64,000 bases of DNA from Alphaproteobacteria bacterium. Lineage in GTDB: Bacteria > Pseudomonadota > Alphaproteobacteria > UBA828. Positions 20,511 to 31,513 of this stretch are shown piece after piece. Location of the stretch: contig CBDCCI010000002.1 of the NCBI GenBank assembly GCA_965214705.1, positions 448,001-512,000 on the forward strand. The letters are read 5' to 3'. The position numbers and the translations under genes were made by a program. Below the pieces are notes generated by a model. The model was not told where the DNA came from, ran no database searches, and worked only from the letters and a program-made list of their open reading frames with translations. Within the stretch, counting starts at the first letter, position 1, and the number at the start of each line of letters is the position of its first letter.

Positions 20511-21950
20511 TCATGACGATCTCCCGGCGCCGCTGCGCGCGTCGGCCCATGGTTGGCCGTACGCCGGATGCGGCAGGTCAAGATCCCCGAGATCGGCCAG
20601 TGCCGGGTCCCAGCCTGGGCTGGCACTGTCGGCTCGTGCGAGAAACCAGTCATCGGACACGTCCCAGGTATGGCGATGGCCGTGTCGAACCAGCATGAAG
20701 CCGGCGCCGTGGGTGCGGTAAACGCTGCCACCCGCTCGATCGACATCTCCAATCAGCATCTGATCGACGCCTCGCGGCGCTGGCCGCCAGCCGCCCGCCC
20801 GGTCGAGAGCGTCGCGGGCAATCAGCAGGGCGCCTCCGGCCAGGGTGGTCGGCTCGCGGTAGCTCTCGCCGCCCCCGCGATGCCAGTGCACGGTCCGATC
20901 CGATGCGGCCAGATAGACGAACTCCACCCCCTTGCCCACCAGCGTCGCCCGCGAGTACTCGTGGGCCAGGACGAGGTCCCAGACATGGTCGGCGCCGTAT
21001 AGATCGTCGTCATCCATCTTGGTCAGCAGCGCCCCGCTCGCGGCTGCCGTGGCGGCGGCGAGCACGGCGCCGAGCGGCTTACTTGCAGGCGCGCGCACCA
21101 CCTTCACCGGGTATGACGATCCAGCGACAAGCCGTTCGACCTCCGGGGAGGGACTGCCGTGCAGCGCCAGCACCAACTCCAGCCGGGGATAGGTCTGCCT
21201 TGCCACCGCGGCAAGCGCCCGCGACAGAAGCCGGGGGCGTCTGGTCGCCAGAAGGACCGACACCAGGGGCGGCGCTTCGTGGCCGAGCTGCCGGGCGCGT
21301 GCCCGGCCCGAATGGTCCCGCAGAGCCGCACGGCGCATCCTGATGCTGAGCAGCTCCCGCGCGCCAGCATCGACGCCGCTCGCGTCGGTGGCCATCAGGC
21401 CATGGAGTTCGGCGCCGAGCAGTGCCCGAAGCGATGGATCGCCATCGGCGAGATGCACCACCACACCAGTGGAGGCCATGCGAGCGAGGGCGCCGGCGCG
21501 TGCCACGACGTCGGTGTGGAACTCCCTCACGTCCTCCACATGATGAAAGCGACGAAGCCGAAGCAAGTCATCCCGCTGAACGACGCGGTGCGCCTCGACA
21601 CCGGGCGGCAGCCACTCGATCGGCCCCGTCGCCGCCACCTCGTTCTTGGCGGCGCGCGGCCATCGGAACGGATTGCAGATTCGGGGGTCAAGGGCGGGAA
21701 CGGCTGACTGGCGCGGTGCCACCGGCAGCTTCGATTCATCCTCTTCGATTTGTCGGGTAGCAGCTGGCCGGTTCCACGCCGCTCGGCTCCGTATCGAAGC
21801 GCGCTGTTTCGGCAACTTCGATGTGGCCCACAGCCACCGGCTCCAGGACCAGTGACGGAGATGCCACCATGCCGCACGCCGCATGTCGGCGGCCCGCCAC
21901 CGAACGACGTTCAACCCTCCCGCGAACGACGCTTCCATATTCTCCGTGTC
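20511..21950 (-). CDS. Glycosyltransferase (GT-A), start uncertain
   Basis: VSVLLATRRP, QTYPRLE, KMDDDD. Confidence 0.7.
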   Translation of the reverse strand, partial: DTENMEASFAGGLNVVRWRAADMRRAAWWHLRHWSWSRWLWATSKLPKQRASIRSRAAWNRPAATRQIEEDESKLPVAPRQSAVPALDPRICNPFRWPRAAKNEVAATGPIEWLPPGVEAHRVVQRDDLLRLRRFHHVEDVREFHTDVVARAGALARMASTGVVVHLADGDPSLRALLGAELHGLMATDASGVDAGARELLSIRMRRAALRDHSGRARARQLGHEAPPLVSVLLATRRPRLLSRALAAVARQTYPRLELVLALHGSPSPEVERLVAGSSYPVKVVRAPASKPLGAVLAAATAAASGALLTKMDDDDLYGADHVWDLVLAHEYSRATLVGKGVEFVYLAASDRTVHWHRGGGESYREPTTLAGGALLIARDALDRAGGWRPAPRGVDQMLIGDVDRAGGSVYRTHGAGFMLVRHGHRHTWDVSDDWFLARADSASPGWDPALADLGDLDLPHPAYGQPWADARSGAGRSS

Positions 21951-23518
21951 CGGCGCCGGAAATGCCAGGGAATCACAGACAGACGCCTGACCGCCCGCCA
22001 CCACGCCACGCCGGCTAGCCAATGCAGGAACGACCATGCCTCTCCGGCGCCGCGGATATCGCGCGCCCGGTCGCGCAAGCGTTCCCATTGCGTAGGATAG
22101 ACTACCGCCTCCGGTGCCGCAGTGCCGCAGTGCCGCAGTGCCGCAGTCCGGCCCGCCACACCTGCCGGCCGACCGGCCGCGAACTTCAGGGACGCGGCGG
22201 AGAGCGCCAGCGCGTCTCCGAAATCGGCGGGGTCGGTCGCCGTTCGGCGCGCCCGGTGGAGCGCCCAGGCCCGGGTGATCGATACCCGGGAGCCGTCGGC
22301 GAGGACCGCGACCGCAGTGACCGCGTCTCCCAGCCCGGCGTGCAGACGATGCACCAGGTCCCTGGCAAACACGGCGCCGGCAGGCAGCGTGATGTGGATG
22401 GGGGTCGCGGGGAACTCGTCGAGGGCGGAGCGAGTGGGTGCGACCCGCACCCGCGGGTCCGGACCGAACTCTTCCCGGAGCTGCGCCAGTCGTCCATCAT
22501 TGTCACCCGCGCGCGTGTCGAGTCTCACCACCAAGTCGTGCACGCGGTCGGCGAGAACCCGTGCGGCGGTCCTCTTGATCGTGTCGGCCCGGAGATATCC
22601 CGCCTCGATCGTCACCACGTACCGGCGCACCGCGAACGTTCGGCCGGGCCTGTTGTCGCGGAACCCCGGGTGGGCGATCAGGTTGGCCAGTTTCCCGCGC
22701 TGGAGCCGAAAACTCCGGTCCTTCGCGTCGCGGCCTTCCTCGGGGAGGCCCTGATGCCAAGAAATGGGGTCCAGGACCGGAACCAGTAGCCCGCCGCGGG
22801 TGTACGTCCGATAGGCGAGCTCGGTGTCCTCCCCACCCCATCGCAGGAACGATTCGTCGCTCCCGCCAACCAGATGGTAGAAATCCTTGCCGATCCCGAA
22901 GTTTCCCGCCATCACCCTGAACGGGTCGTCGGCCCTCGACGTCAGATCGTTGGTTCTGAGCATATGGGTTTTGATCCAGAACCGTTCCTCCGGCTGCTCC
23001 AGGCGGTCCGAGAACAACTCTTCCAACGTCCCCCGCCGCCGCCTGATCGTCTCCGCGTCGAGGCCGTCCACCGCCACATGAGTGCGGAACCCCATGGTCA
23101 GGGCATCGGAGACGACGTGGTGCCAGCGGGCGTGAGCCGCGATCCAGCTCGCTTCGGCCAGCATATCGCTGTCGAGAAAGAGGAGAATGTCGTGGGCAGC
23201 CGCCCGAGCGCCGGTGTTGCGCGCCCGGGCCAGCCCAAATCCGCGGCGCTCCTGACGCACCACCCTGACATCCAACGGGGTCGATCGGGGCGGCTCCAAC
23301 GGCGGCTCGGATCCGTCGTCGACGATCACCACCTCGAAGAGGTCCCGCGGGCAAGTCTGCCCTTCCAGCGCGGCCAGGGTTCTCTCCAGCGTCTCGGCGG
23401 GCGTCTGGTAGTACGGCATGATCACACTGACCGGCATGACAGGCATGAACGTCTCCAGCGGCTCCACCGCCACTTGGCGCCAGTCGTTGTACCGGACGGA
23501 ATTAGGGTGCGGGTTCAT
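21911..23518 (-). CDS. Family 2 glycosyltransferase
   Basis: VSVIMP, VIVDDGS, ARNTG, LFLDSD, WGGEDTE. Confidence 0.88.
   Translation of the reverse strand: MNPHPNSVRYNDWRQVAVEPLETFMPVMPVSVIMPYYQTPAETLERTLAALEGQTCPRDLFEVVIVDDGSEPPLEPPRSTPLDVRVVRQERRGFGLARARNTGARAAAHDILLFLDSDMLAEASWIAAHARWHHVVSDALTMGFRTHVAVDGLDAETIRRRRGTLEELFSDRLEQPEERFWIKTHMLRTNDLTSRADDPFRVMAGNFGIGKDFYHLVGGSDESFLRWGGEDTELAYRTYTRGGLLVPVLDPISWHQGLPEEGRDAKDRSFRLQRGKLANLIAHPGFRDNRPGRTFAVRRYVVTIEAGYLRADTIKRTAARVLADRVHDLVVRLDTRAGDNDGRLAQLREEFGPDPRVRVAPTRSALDEFPATPIHITLPAGAVFARDLVHRLHAGLGDAVTAVAVLADGSRVSITRAWALHRARRTATDPADFGDALALSAASLKFAAGRPAGVAGRTAALRHCGTAAPEAVVYPTQWERLRDRARDIRGAGEAWSFLHWLAGVAWWRAVRRLSVIPWHFRRRTRRIWKRRSREG
22114..22147. 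repeat. Tandem 8-mer (GTGCCGCA)x4 inside the GT2 gene
   Basis: Directly visible. Confidence 0.85.
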
Positions 23519-23527
23519 TGTTCTTGA

Positions 23528-25108
23528 TCAAGGTGCGGACTTGCTTCGGACGTTCGTCATTGTGCGCCCGAGATCCTGATCGACCGACTGCCGCTTGATG
23601 CGCGCCCGCCACCGAAGCATTGTGGCCACCGCCCTCAATAAGGACCAAGCCTCTCCGGGGTTGCGGATGTCCTGGATCCAGCCTAACAGGAGAGCCCACC
23701 GCGCAGGGTAGACTGCCATATCCGTCGCAACGCTGTGGACCGCGTCTACCGTCGGCGCGGTGTTAGCGGTGTTCTTGAACTTGAGCGACGCTGCGGAAAT
23801 CGTTCGCGCTTCTCCGAAGTCGGCGGGGCTGGCCGCTTGGCGGCGCGCCCGGTGGAGCGCCCACGTCCGTGTGATCGACACCCGGGATCCGTCGGGGAGG
23901 ATGGCGGTCGCGGCGACCGCGCTTCCCAGCCTTGCCCGCAGACGATGCACCAGGTTGTTCGCGAACGTCGCGCCGGCGGGCAGCGTGACGTGGAACGACG
24001 ACGCGGGAAACTCGTCGAGGGCGGAGCGGGCCGGTGCAACGCGCACCCGCGGCTCTGGGCCGAATTCGCCCCGGAGCAGCGCCAGCCGCTCATCGCCGTC
24101 TCGCGACGGCGTTTCGATTCTCACCACCAAGTCGTACACGCGATCGGCCAAGAGGGTCGTAACCATCGCGATGACCTGTTCCGTGGGGCAATGTCCCGCC
24201 TCGACGGTCACGACGTACTGAGGCACAGCGAAAACTCGGTTAATCCCGCTTCTGCGAAAACCGCGATGGGCGATCAGGTGGGCCGCCTTCGACCGCATGA
24301 TGCGCTGATCTCGATCCTTGGCGTCTCTACCGTCGCACCAGCGGCCCTGATGCCAGGCAAAGGCGTCCCAGACCGGGACCAGCAATCCGCCGCGAGTATA
24401 GGCCCGATATCCGAGCTCGGTGTCCTCCAGCCCGTACCGCATAAACGATTCGTCGAACCCGCCCACCGACTCGTAGAATTGCTTGCGGATCCCGAAATTG
24501 CCCGACGAGACCACCCTGAACAGGTCGTCGGCCCTCGACGTGAGATCGTCGGTCCGGAGCATGTGGCCCTCGAACCAGGGCGGGTCAGCCGGCCGGCCCG
24601 AAAACAACTCCTTCAGTGACCCCCGTCGGCGCCGGACCGTTTCCGGGTCGAGGCCGTCTACCGCCACGAAGGCGTAGAATCCCAATGTCATGGCGTCGGA
24701 TACGGCGTAGTGCCACCGAGCGTGCGCCGCGATCCAGCCGGCCTCGGCCAGCATGTCGCTGTCGAGAAAAAGGAGGATGTCGTGGGCGGCCGCCCGCGCG
24801 CCGTTGTTTCGCGCCCGGGCGGCGCCGAACCCGCGGCGTTCCTGACGCACCACCTTGACGTCAAGCGGGGTCGAACGGGGCGCCTCTACAGGCGGTTCGG
24901 ACCCATCGTCAACGATCACCACCTCGAAGAGATCACGCGGCCAAGTCTGGCCTTCGAGCGCCGCCAGGGTCCTCTCCAGCATCCCGGCCGGAGGCTGCCA
25001 AGTCGGCAGGATCACGCTGACCGGCAGGGTGGGTGTGAACACCTCGGACGCCAGCATGTCCACCTGCCGCCAGTCGTTGTACCGGACGGACGCCGGTTTG
25101 GGGAGCAT
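23528..25108 (-). CDS. Family 2 glycosyltransferase, paralog of 21911-23518
   Basis: Same motifs and colinear similarity. Confidence 0.88.
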   Translation of the reverse strand: MLPKPASVRYNDWRQVDMLASEVFTPTLPVSVILPTWQPPAGMLERTLAALEGQTWPRDLFEVVIVDDGSEPPVEAPRSTPLDVKVVRQERRGFGAARARNNGARAAAHDILLFLDSDMLAEAGWIAAHARWHYAVSDAMTLGFYAFVAVDGLDPETVRRRRGSLKELFSGRPADPPWFEGHMLRTDDLTSRADDLFRVVSSGNFGIRKQFYESVGGFDESFMRYGLEDTELGYRAYTRGGLLVPVWDAFAWHQGRWCDGRDAKDRDQRIMRSKAAHLIAHRGFRRSGINRVFAVPQYVVTVEAGHCPTEQVIAMVTTLLADRVYDLVVRIETPSRDGDERLALLRGEFGPEPRVRVAPARSALDEFPASSFHVTLPAGATFANNLVHRLRARLGSAVAATAILPDGSRVSITRTWALHRARRQAASPADFGEARTISAASLKFKNTANTAPTVDAVHSVATDMAVYPARWALLLGWIQDIRNPGEAWSLLRAVATMLRWRARIKRQSVDQDLGRTMTNVRSKSAP

Positions 25109-25158
25109 CGTTCGCTGGTCCCGACCCGTCACGTTTCTGGGGCAGGCGCAAACTTGTT

Positions 25159-27631
25159 GGCTCAATTCGTGATCCATAGGCATGGGTTGCCAGTGCTCGC
25201 GGCCACGCGCCTCTCGGGGTGCAAAATTCCTACGCACTTGACGGCGGATTCCTATTTTGCTTGATCGCGAATCCTGGCCATTTGACCGCCAAGGCGATGC
25301 CGTTTGTCAGTCTCTCCCGGGTCTTGCGGTAGGCGTTCTCCGTTGTTGGTTTCAGGGGGCTGGCCGCAGGCCAGCCCGACGCGAGCGCAAGCGAGCCCTG
25401 GTCGCCATTCAAAGGCCTGTCGGGCGCGGTGACAAGCCCCCACCAGGGCCATCCCACGCTAGGTTTCGTTGACGATTTGAGCTTCCAATCGAGGTAGTTG
25501 CATTTTCCGCTGGCTTTTCGCCGCCGGTTCGATTAGTCATGGCGGCATGGGCCACCGAGCGGATGGCAGACCCTTCTTCGAGAGCGCGCCGGACGGCTTC
25601 TCGCTTGCCGATGTCGTGGTCCGCCTCGCGGAGCCGAATGAACGCGTGCAGTGGGATGCGGCGGTCGAGCGGCACCATTACCTCGGCTTCAAGCGCTTCG
25701 CCGGACGCGGCCTGCGCTACATCGTCGAATGGTGCGGGTTGTGGATCGCGCTTGCCGGGTGGCAGGCCGGCGCCTTCAAGAGCAGGCACCGGGACCGCTG
25801 GATCGGGTGGTCGGCGGCGCAGCAGTTCCAGCGCCTGCATCTGATCGCGAACAACACCCGCTTCGTCATCCTCGGCGCGAAGCGCGTCTTTCCGTGTCTT
25901 GCCTCGTTCGCGATCGCCGCGATGCTGCGCCGCCTCGGCGACGACTGGCAGTCCTGTTATGGGCATCCGATTCTGATCGCGGAGACCTTCGTGAACCCGG
26001 CGCTCTTCGAGGGCACGATCTACGAGGCCGCCAACTGGCATTATCTCGGCGACACCAGGGGCTTTGCCCGCCACAACGGCCGCTACACCGACCCCCACGG
26101 CGAGCCCAAGCGGCTCTATGTCTATCCCCTGCGCCGCGATGCCCGCCGGCGGCTCAGCGCGCCCCGCCCGCTGCCCGCAAGCTGGGAGCCCAAGGGCCAC
26201 GCCGGCAGGGCGCCGAGCGAACTGCGCTCGCTCTACCAGGAACTCGACGGGATCGAGGACTTCCGGCGCGGCCAGGGGCGCAAGCACAGCGTCGCAACCA
26301 CGCTCGCGGTCTATATCCTCGCAAGGCTCGCCAACATGCGCGGTCCCGTCGCCGCCGCCGAGTATGCGAGCAAGCTGGCGCAGCGGGAACTGGAAGCGCT
26401 CGGCGCCTGGAAGAACCCGAAGACCGGCCTCTACGTGCCGGTCTCGAAGTCGACCCTGCACCGGGTCATCGCCTCCCTCGACCCCGAGCAGATCGAGGCG
26501 GCGCTGCAACGCTTCTCGATGCCGAGACTTAACCTTGGCCGTGCGATCGCGCTCGACGGCAAGCGCATTCGCGGCGCCAACCGCAACGGCGAGGGCCACC
26601 ACGAGACCGCGACCCTGGTCGACCACGCAACCGGCGCGCCGCTCGCAAGCCTCGCCTTCAACGACTCAGGCGGCGAGATCGCGGCCGTGTGCGCGCTGCT
26701 CGACGAGGTTCCCGTCGAAGGCCGCGTGATCACCATCGACGCGCTTCACACCACCCGCGACACCGCGCGCACCATCAAGGAAACCCACGGCGCCGACTAT
26801 CTCATGACGGTCAAGGAAAACGCGCCCGAGACCTGCGAGACCCTCGCCTCCATCGACTGGGAGCGCGACGCGAGCGGACACTTCGAGGAAGATGTCGCCA
26901 AGGCCCATGGCCGCATCGAGCAACGCCGCATCGAGACCCTGACCCCGCTTCCAGGCCTGATCAACTATCCTCATGTCGCGCAGATCTTCCGTGTCACCCG
27001 CAAGCGCACCGACGCACGGCGCAACGGCACAGGCGAGACCAGCATCGAGCACGCCTACGGCATCACCTCGGTGCCGGCAGAGCGCGCCTCGCCAAAGCAC
27101 CTTCTCGCCTGGAACCGCGGCCACTGGTCGGTCGAGGTCAACCACCACGTCAGGGACAAGCTCTTCGACGAGGACGCCTGCCTCGCGCGCACCGGCTTCG
27201 CGCCCGAGAACAACGCGCTCTGCACCAACATCGCGATCGCGCTCATCATCCACAAGACCGACTTCGACAGCGTCGCCTCGGCAACCCGCCACTTCGCGCT
27301 CCAGCGCGAGGACGCCTTCGCCGCGATCCTTTCCCCCTGAGCGCCACCACGCCGTCCGATCCGGACGGCAGACAATGGCGGTGTGCAACCTCGTCACCGC
27401 TCAGCTGTCAGCACTGACGTTCATTGCGGCCAAGCCAACGTCTCGCCCGAACCGAGAGCCGTGAGCCTGCGAATCGGGCTATCGCGCGGGAGCCGCAACA
27501 CCCGAAATCGCCCGAACGCGGCCCAGATCGTCCGCATTTGAGGAGCGTGGGATAGTCCTGCAAGCCCCCACACCGGGCATGCCGCCGCGCGATGTTTGGG
27601 CCATGCCTATGGTTCACGAAGTCCTTGAGCC
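25159..27631. mobile_element. Inverted-repeat-bounded element enclosing the DUF4338-ISAs1 transposase
   Basis: GGCTCAATTCGTGATCCATAGGCATGG at the left; CCATGCCTATGGTTCACGAAGTCCTTGAGCC at the right; the same ends occur at 62170-62362. Confidence 0.65.
25547..27340 (+). CDS. ISAs1-family transposase with N-terminal DUF4338 (DruA-like) domain
   Basis: HHYLG, NNTRFVI, ETFV, GTIYEAANW (DUF4338); DGKRIRG, TIDALH, VKEN, HGRIE, RGHWSVE (ISAs1). Confidence 0.87.
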   Translation: MGHRADGRPFFESAPDGFSLADVVVRLAEPNERVQWDAAVERHHYLGFKRFAGRGLRYIVEWCGLWIALAGWQAGAFKSRHRDRWIGWSAAQQFQRLHLIANNTRFVILGAKRVFPCLASFAIAAMLRRLGDDWQSCYGHPILIAETFVNPALFEGTIYEAANWHYLGDTRGFARHNGRYTDPHGEPKRLYVYPLRRDARRRLSAPRPLPASWEPKGHAGRAPSELRSLYQELDGIEDFRRGQGRKHSVATTLAVYILARLANMRGPVAAAEYASKLAQRELEALGAWKNPKTGLYVPVSKSTLHRVIASLDPEQIEAALQRFSMPRLNLGRAIALDGKRIRGANRNGEGHHETATLVDHATGAPLASLAFNDSGGEIAAVCALLDEVPVEGRVITIDALHTTRDTARTIKETHGADYLMTVKENAPETCETLASIDWERDASGHFEEDVAKAHGRIEQRRIETLTPLPGLINYPHVAQIFRVTRKRTDARRNGTGETSIEHAYGITSVPAERASPKHLLAWNRGHWSVEVNHHVRDKLFDEDACLARTGFAPENNALCTNIAIALIIHKTDFDSVASATRHFALQREDAFAAILSP

Positions 27632-27762
27632 ATCTTGTCACGAATTAGGGGGGGCATGCGGTGTGTCTGCAATCGGGAGGTCGTCGAGCGTCATCTGGTC
27701 CTGGAGGTGTCCCTCGCTGTCGCGGCCCGGATCGCCGTCGTGCTGGCAAGCCGCTTCGCAAC

Positions 27763-28383
27763 CTAGAATTTTCGCTCAGCGACGCGCGCGTCGGTCATCT
27801 TCGCTTGACGCAGATATTGCGAGAGTATGTGCATGATCGACTGGTGGGTGTCCTCGATCACGCCGTAGTTGTCGCCGTCGACGTGCAGGTTGACGGTGGC
27901 CAGCGGTGCCGAGCGGCCGCCGTCGAAGCCGGTCAGCGCGACGCCGTCCAGTCCGTTCGCGACCGCCCATTCGAGCGCGCGGACGATGTTTTCCGAATCG
28001 CCCGAGGCCGAAATGGTCATCAGCAGATCGCCGGGTCGTGCTGCGGTCCTGAGCTGATAGACGAAGCAATCTTCGAATGCGATGTCATTGGCGATCGCGG
28101 TAACGATCTCCATGTTCGCGCTCAGGCTCATCACCCGCGGCAGAACGCCGGTGTCGGTCTGCACCCCCTTGGCGACATCGCAGAGCAGGTGGTTGGCGAT
28201 CGCCGCCGAGCCGCCATTGCCGCAGACGAAGAGCCACGCGCCGCGCGCGAATGCCGCATCAAGCAGGTTGGCGGCATGGGTAAGCCGCGCCCGGTCGATG
28301 GAGGCACCCGCCTGTGCAAGCTGGGTCAGGTAGTCGTCGCAGTAGCGGGCCACTGATCGGTAGCCCGTGTCCGGAAAGGTCAT
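27763..28383 (-). CDS. gmhA: SIS-domain phosphoheptose isomerase
   Basis: CGNGGSAA, TAIAND, ISASGDSEN, LTGFDGG, IEDTH. Confidence 0.85.
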   Translation of the reverse strand: MTFPDTGYRSVARYCDDYLTQLAQAGASIDRARLTHAANLLDAAFARGAWLFVCGNGGSAAIANHLLCDVAKGVQTDTGVLPRVMSLSANMEIVTAIANDIAFEDCFVYQLRTAARPGDLLMTISASGDSENIVRALEWAVANGLDGVALTGFDGGRSAPLATVNLHVDGDNYGVIEDTHQSIMHILSQYLRQAKMTDARVAERKF

Positions 28384-29024
28384 GAAGCGTCCTGCGCGGG
28401 TCGGGGATTGTCGGCGGAAAGCGCCGTACCGAGCGCGACGATCGGCCGCCCGATGGTGATGGGGAAGTCGCTGCGTGCCAAGCCCGCCGCGGCGGCACGG
28501 TCCCGGGCGCCGTAGCCGGTCTGCACCAGCCAGCCGCGCGCGAGCCCGGCGCGCCGCCCGGCCTCCAAATCGTCGACGCTGTCGCCAACGATCCAGCTTC
28601 GGGCGAGATCGATACCAATATCCGCAGCGGCGGCATGGAGCATACCGGGGCTGGGCTTGCGGCAAGGGGCGCTGCTCTCAGGCAGCGCCGGGCAGGCGTA
28701 CACCGCGTCGACGAGGCCGCCGGCGGCGTCGGCGAGCGCGAGCACCCGCTTCTGCACGGCGGCGAACGCCTCCCACCCGTAGAAGCCGCGGCCGATCCCG
28801 GACTGATTGGTGACGATCACCACCCGGTACCCGCAACGACGGGCCGCGGCCAAGCTCTCGAAGGCGCCGGCGATGGGTACGACCCGTTCGGCAGTGCAGA
28901 GATAGTCCACCAGCTCAATAAGTGTCCCATCGCGGTCGAGGAAGAGCGCCGGGACAGGAGGTAGCGAGGGGTCGGCGCGCACTTCGCGCCACAGGCCGAA
29001 CGGGTCGAGCGGAAACCCGCGCAT
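28380..29024 (-). CDS. gmhB: D,D-heptose 1,7-bisphosphate phosphatase (HAD-IIIA)
   Basis: FLDRDGT, TNQSGIGRG, RKPSPGM, VGDS. Confidence 0.88.
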   Translation of the reverse strand: MRGFPLDPFGLWREVRADPSLPPVPALFLDRDGTLIELVDYLCTAERVVPIAGAFESLAAARRCGYRVVIVTNQSGIGRGFYGWEAFAAVQKRVLALADAAGGLVDAVYACPALPESSAPCRKPSPGMLHAAAADIGIDLARSWIVGDSVDDLEAGRRAGLARGWLVQTGYGARDRAAAAGLARSDFPITIGRPIVALGTALSADNPRPAQDAS

Positions 29025-29217
29025 CGCGGGTCTGTCGGTTGCGCGGCCTGGGCACGACGGAGCCATTGTCGGGCCGGAGTCGCTCCCTGCAGCCTGTCGG
29101 CGGCCACTACAAGGCGCATCCGGGACAAGTGACCGGCGGCGGCGTTGGCGTGGCTCAGCGCCGGGAGCGGAAGGGGGAGAGGGGAGGCCGAAATGGGGGC
29201 CGTGTGACGTCATTCCA

Positions 29218-30564
29218 GTGTCTCACTGCCCCGAGGCGGCCCGTTGGCTGAACGCGAACAGCGCGACCCTGGAGTTGCTCGATGTCGACAGCGGCAAGTC
29301 GCTCACGCTCAGCAAGCTCTACCGCATCGGCGACCTCTTGTGGCGTCACCGCGCGGCGCTTGAAGAGGCGCTGTGCGCCCGGGAGCGCGATCTCTTCGGC
29401 ATCCCCGACACCATCGTCTTCTTCGACCTGACCAACACCCATATGACCGGACGGCCCAGCTCCGCGCTGGCCCGCTTCGGGCGCTCGAAGCAGAGGCGTG
29501 ACGATTGTCCGATCGTGACCCTGGCCCTGTCGCTGAACCAGGCCGGCTTTCCGCAGCACAGCGAGATCCTGCCCGGCAACATCTCCGAGCCGGCCACTCT
29601 CGCCGACGCCATCGGGCGGCTGGAATGCCAAGCGCGCGGCAGCAACGCCCCCAGGCCCACGGTCATCATGGACGCCGGCATCTCCACCGAGGCCAACCTC
29701 GCCTGGCTGCGGGCACGCGGCTATCGCTGGATCACCGTTCGCCGCGGCGTCTCGGCGCCGCCCGGGCGCGAAGCCGATGCCGCCTTCGAAACCCGGGCCG
29801 GCCACGATGCCCGTGCCTGGCGTCTCGCGGCAGGGGACGACGAAGCGCACCTGTGCGTCTGGAGCCATGAGCGCCAGCAGAAGGACGAGGCCGTGCTCGC
29901 CCGTCAGCGTCACAACTTCGAGGACGCCCTGCGCGCCCTGCATGGCGGGCTGTCGAAGAAGAACCACATCAAGCAGTTCACCAAGGTGATGGAGAAGCTG
30001 GGCCGGCTGAAGGAAAGGTACAGGCGCGTCCACCGTCAGTACGACATCGAGGTCGAGCCCGGAGAGAAGGGGCGGGCCAGTGCGGTCCGCTGGAGGCGCA
30101 ACGCTCTCCATGCCGAGCGCGACCGCCAGGCGGGCATCTATGTGCTGCGCACCAGCCACGTCGAGTGGGATCTTGAAACCGTGGTCCGAACCTACTGGAA
30201 GCTCACAGAGCTCGAGGCCACCTTCCGCAGCCTGAAATCCGAAATCGGCCTGCGCCCGGTCTGGCACTCCAAGACCTCGCGCATCGCCGCCCACCTGTTC
30301 ATCGCCGTCCTCGCCTACCACGCGGTTCATCTGCTGCGAACCCGTCTGGCGGCGCACGGCTTGCATGACCGCTGGAGTACGATCCGCGACAAGCTCGCGG
30401 GCTGGGTGCGTCTCACCTCCACCATCCGGGAGGTGGACGGAAACCGCATCGTCATCCGCCAGGATGCTCAACCCGACGCCGAGGCGCGCGTCATCGCGCA
30501 GGCGGCGGGCCTCACGGTGGATCCCCACAGGCGCCGGGCGGTGCTCCCGGGAGTGTCGCGATGA
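29218..30564 (+). pseudogene. IS1634-family transposase, 5'-truncated
   Basis: FDLTNT, FGRSKQRRDD, MDAGI, EATFRSLKSEIGLRPVWH. Confidence 0.85.
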
Positions 30565-30667
30565 GCGCACAAACGTAGTGCCATAATCCCAGATGGGCCA
30601 GAAAATCAGCCCATCATCGCAACTACTTAGGTCGCAGGCGCGCCAAAATGGCAAAGATGGGTTGAAC

Positions 30668-31309
30668 TCGGGCTGCCCCTGGCGATTGATGCCGAAGGAT
30701 TTTCCGCCGCGTTCGACAGTGCAGCGCTATTTTGCCGCGTGGCGGGATGCGGGGCTGTGGTCTGGGATCAATCACGCCTTGCTGACGGCGGCGCGCGAGG
30801 CGGAGGGACGTGAGGCCGCTCCGTCCGCCGGCGTCATCGACAGCAAGTCGGTGAAGAGCACGGAAAGCGGCAGCCCACGGGACTTTGACGCGGGCAAGAA
30901 GGTCAAGGGCCGCAAGCGTCATATCCTCACCGACACCGGCGGCCTGCTGCTCGCCGCCCAGGTCCACGCCGCCGACATTCAGGGCCGCGACGGCGCGCCA
31001 GGCGTGTTCGCGGCCATCCGTCATGCCTTTCCGTCTCTGCGCCATGTCTTCGCCGACGGCGCTTATGCCGCCCCAAACTGGAAGCGGAGCTGAAGCGGAT
31101 CGGTCGATGGACCCTGGAAATTGTCAAGCGCTCGGGCGGCGCACAAGGGTTCGAGATTCTGCCCCGCCGCTGGGTTGTCGAACGCACCTTGGCTTGGTTA
31201 AACCGGAACCGGAGGCTGGCCAAAGACTTCGAGGCGACGATCGCTACTGCCCAGACTTGGCTCTTCATCGCCAGCGTTCAGCTCCTCGCCCGGCGGCTTG
31301 CAAGGCCTT
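30668..31309 (+). pseudogene. IS5-family transposase, 5'-truncated and frameshifted
   Basis: GCPWRLMPKDFPP, IDSKSVK, KGRKRHILTDT, RWVVERT. Confidence 0.85.
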
Positions 31310-31513
31310 GAAAAACACCAATTCATGTCGGGCCAGACTCTGAGGGGCCGACGCTCAAAATGAATGGCTCAAAAGGCTTATCCCTCTGAGCCACTTGCAG
31401 AATTCCGCCGTTGAGCGGGATTTTGCCGCCATGTGATGCAGATTGTTCTGGGAATCGGGACCGCTCTCTGTTCCTGTCGGGCTTCCGAAGACATCGACAG
31501 GGAGAGCGGTCCC

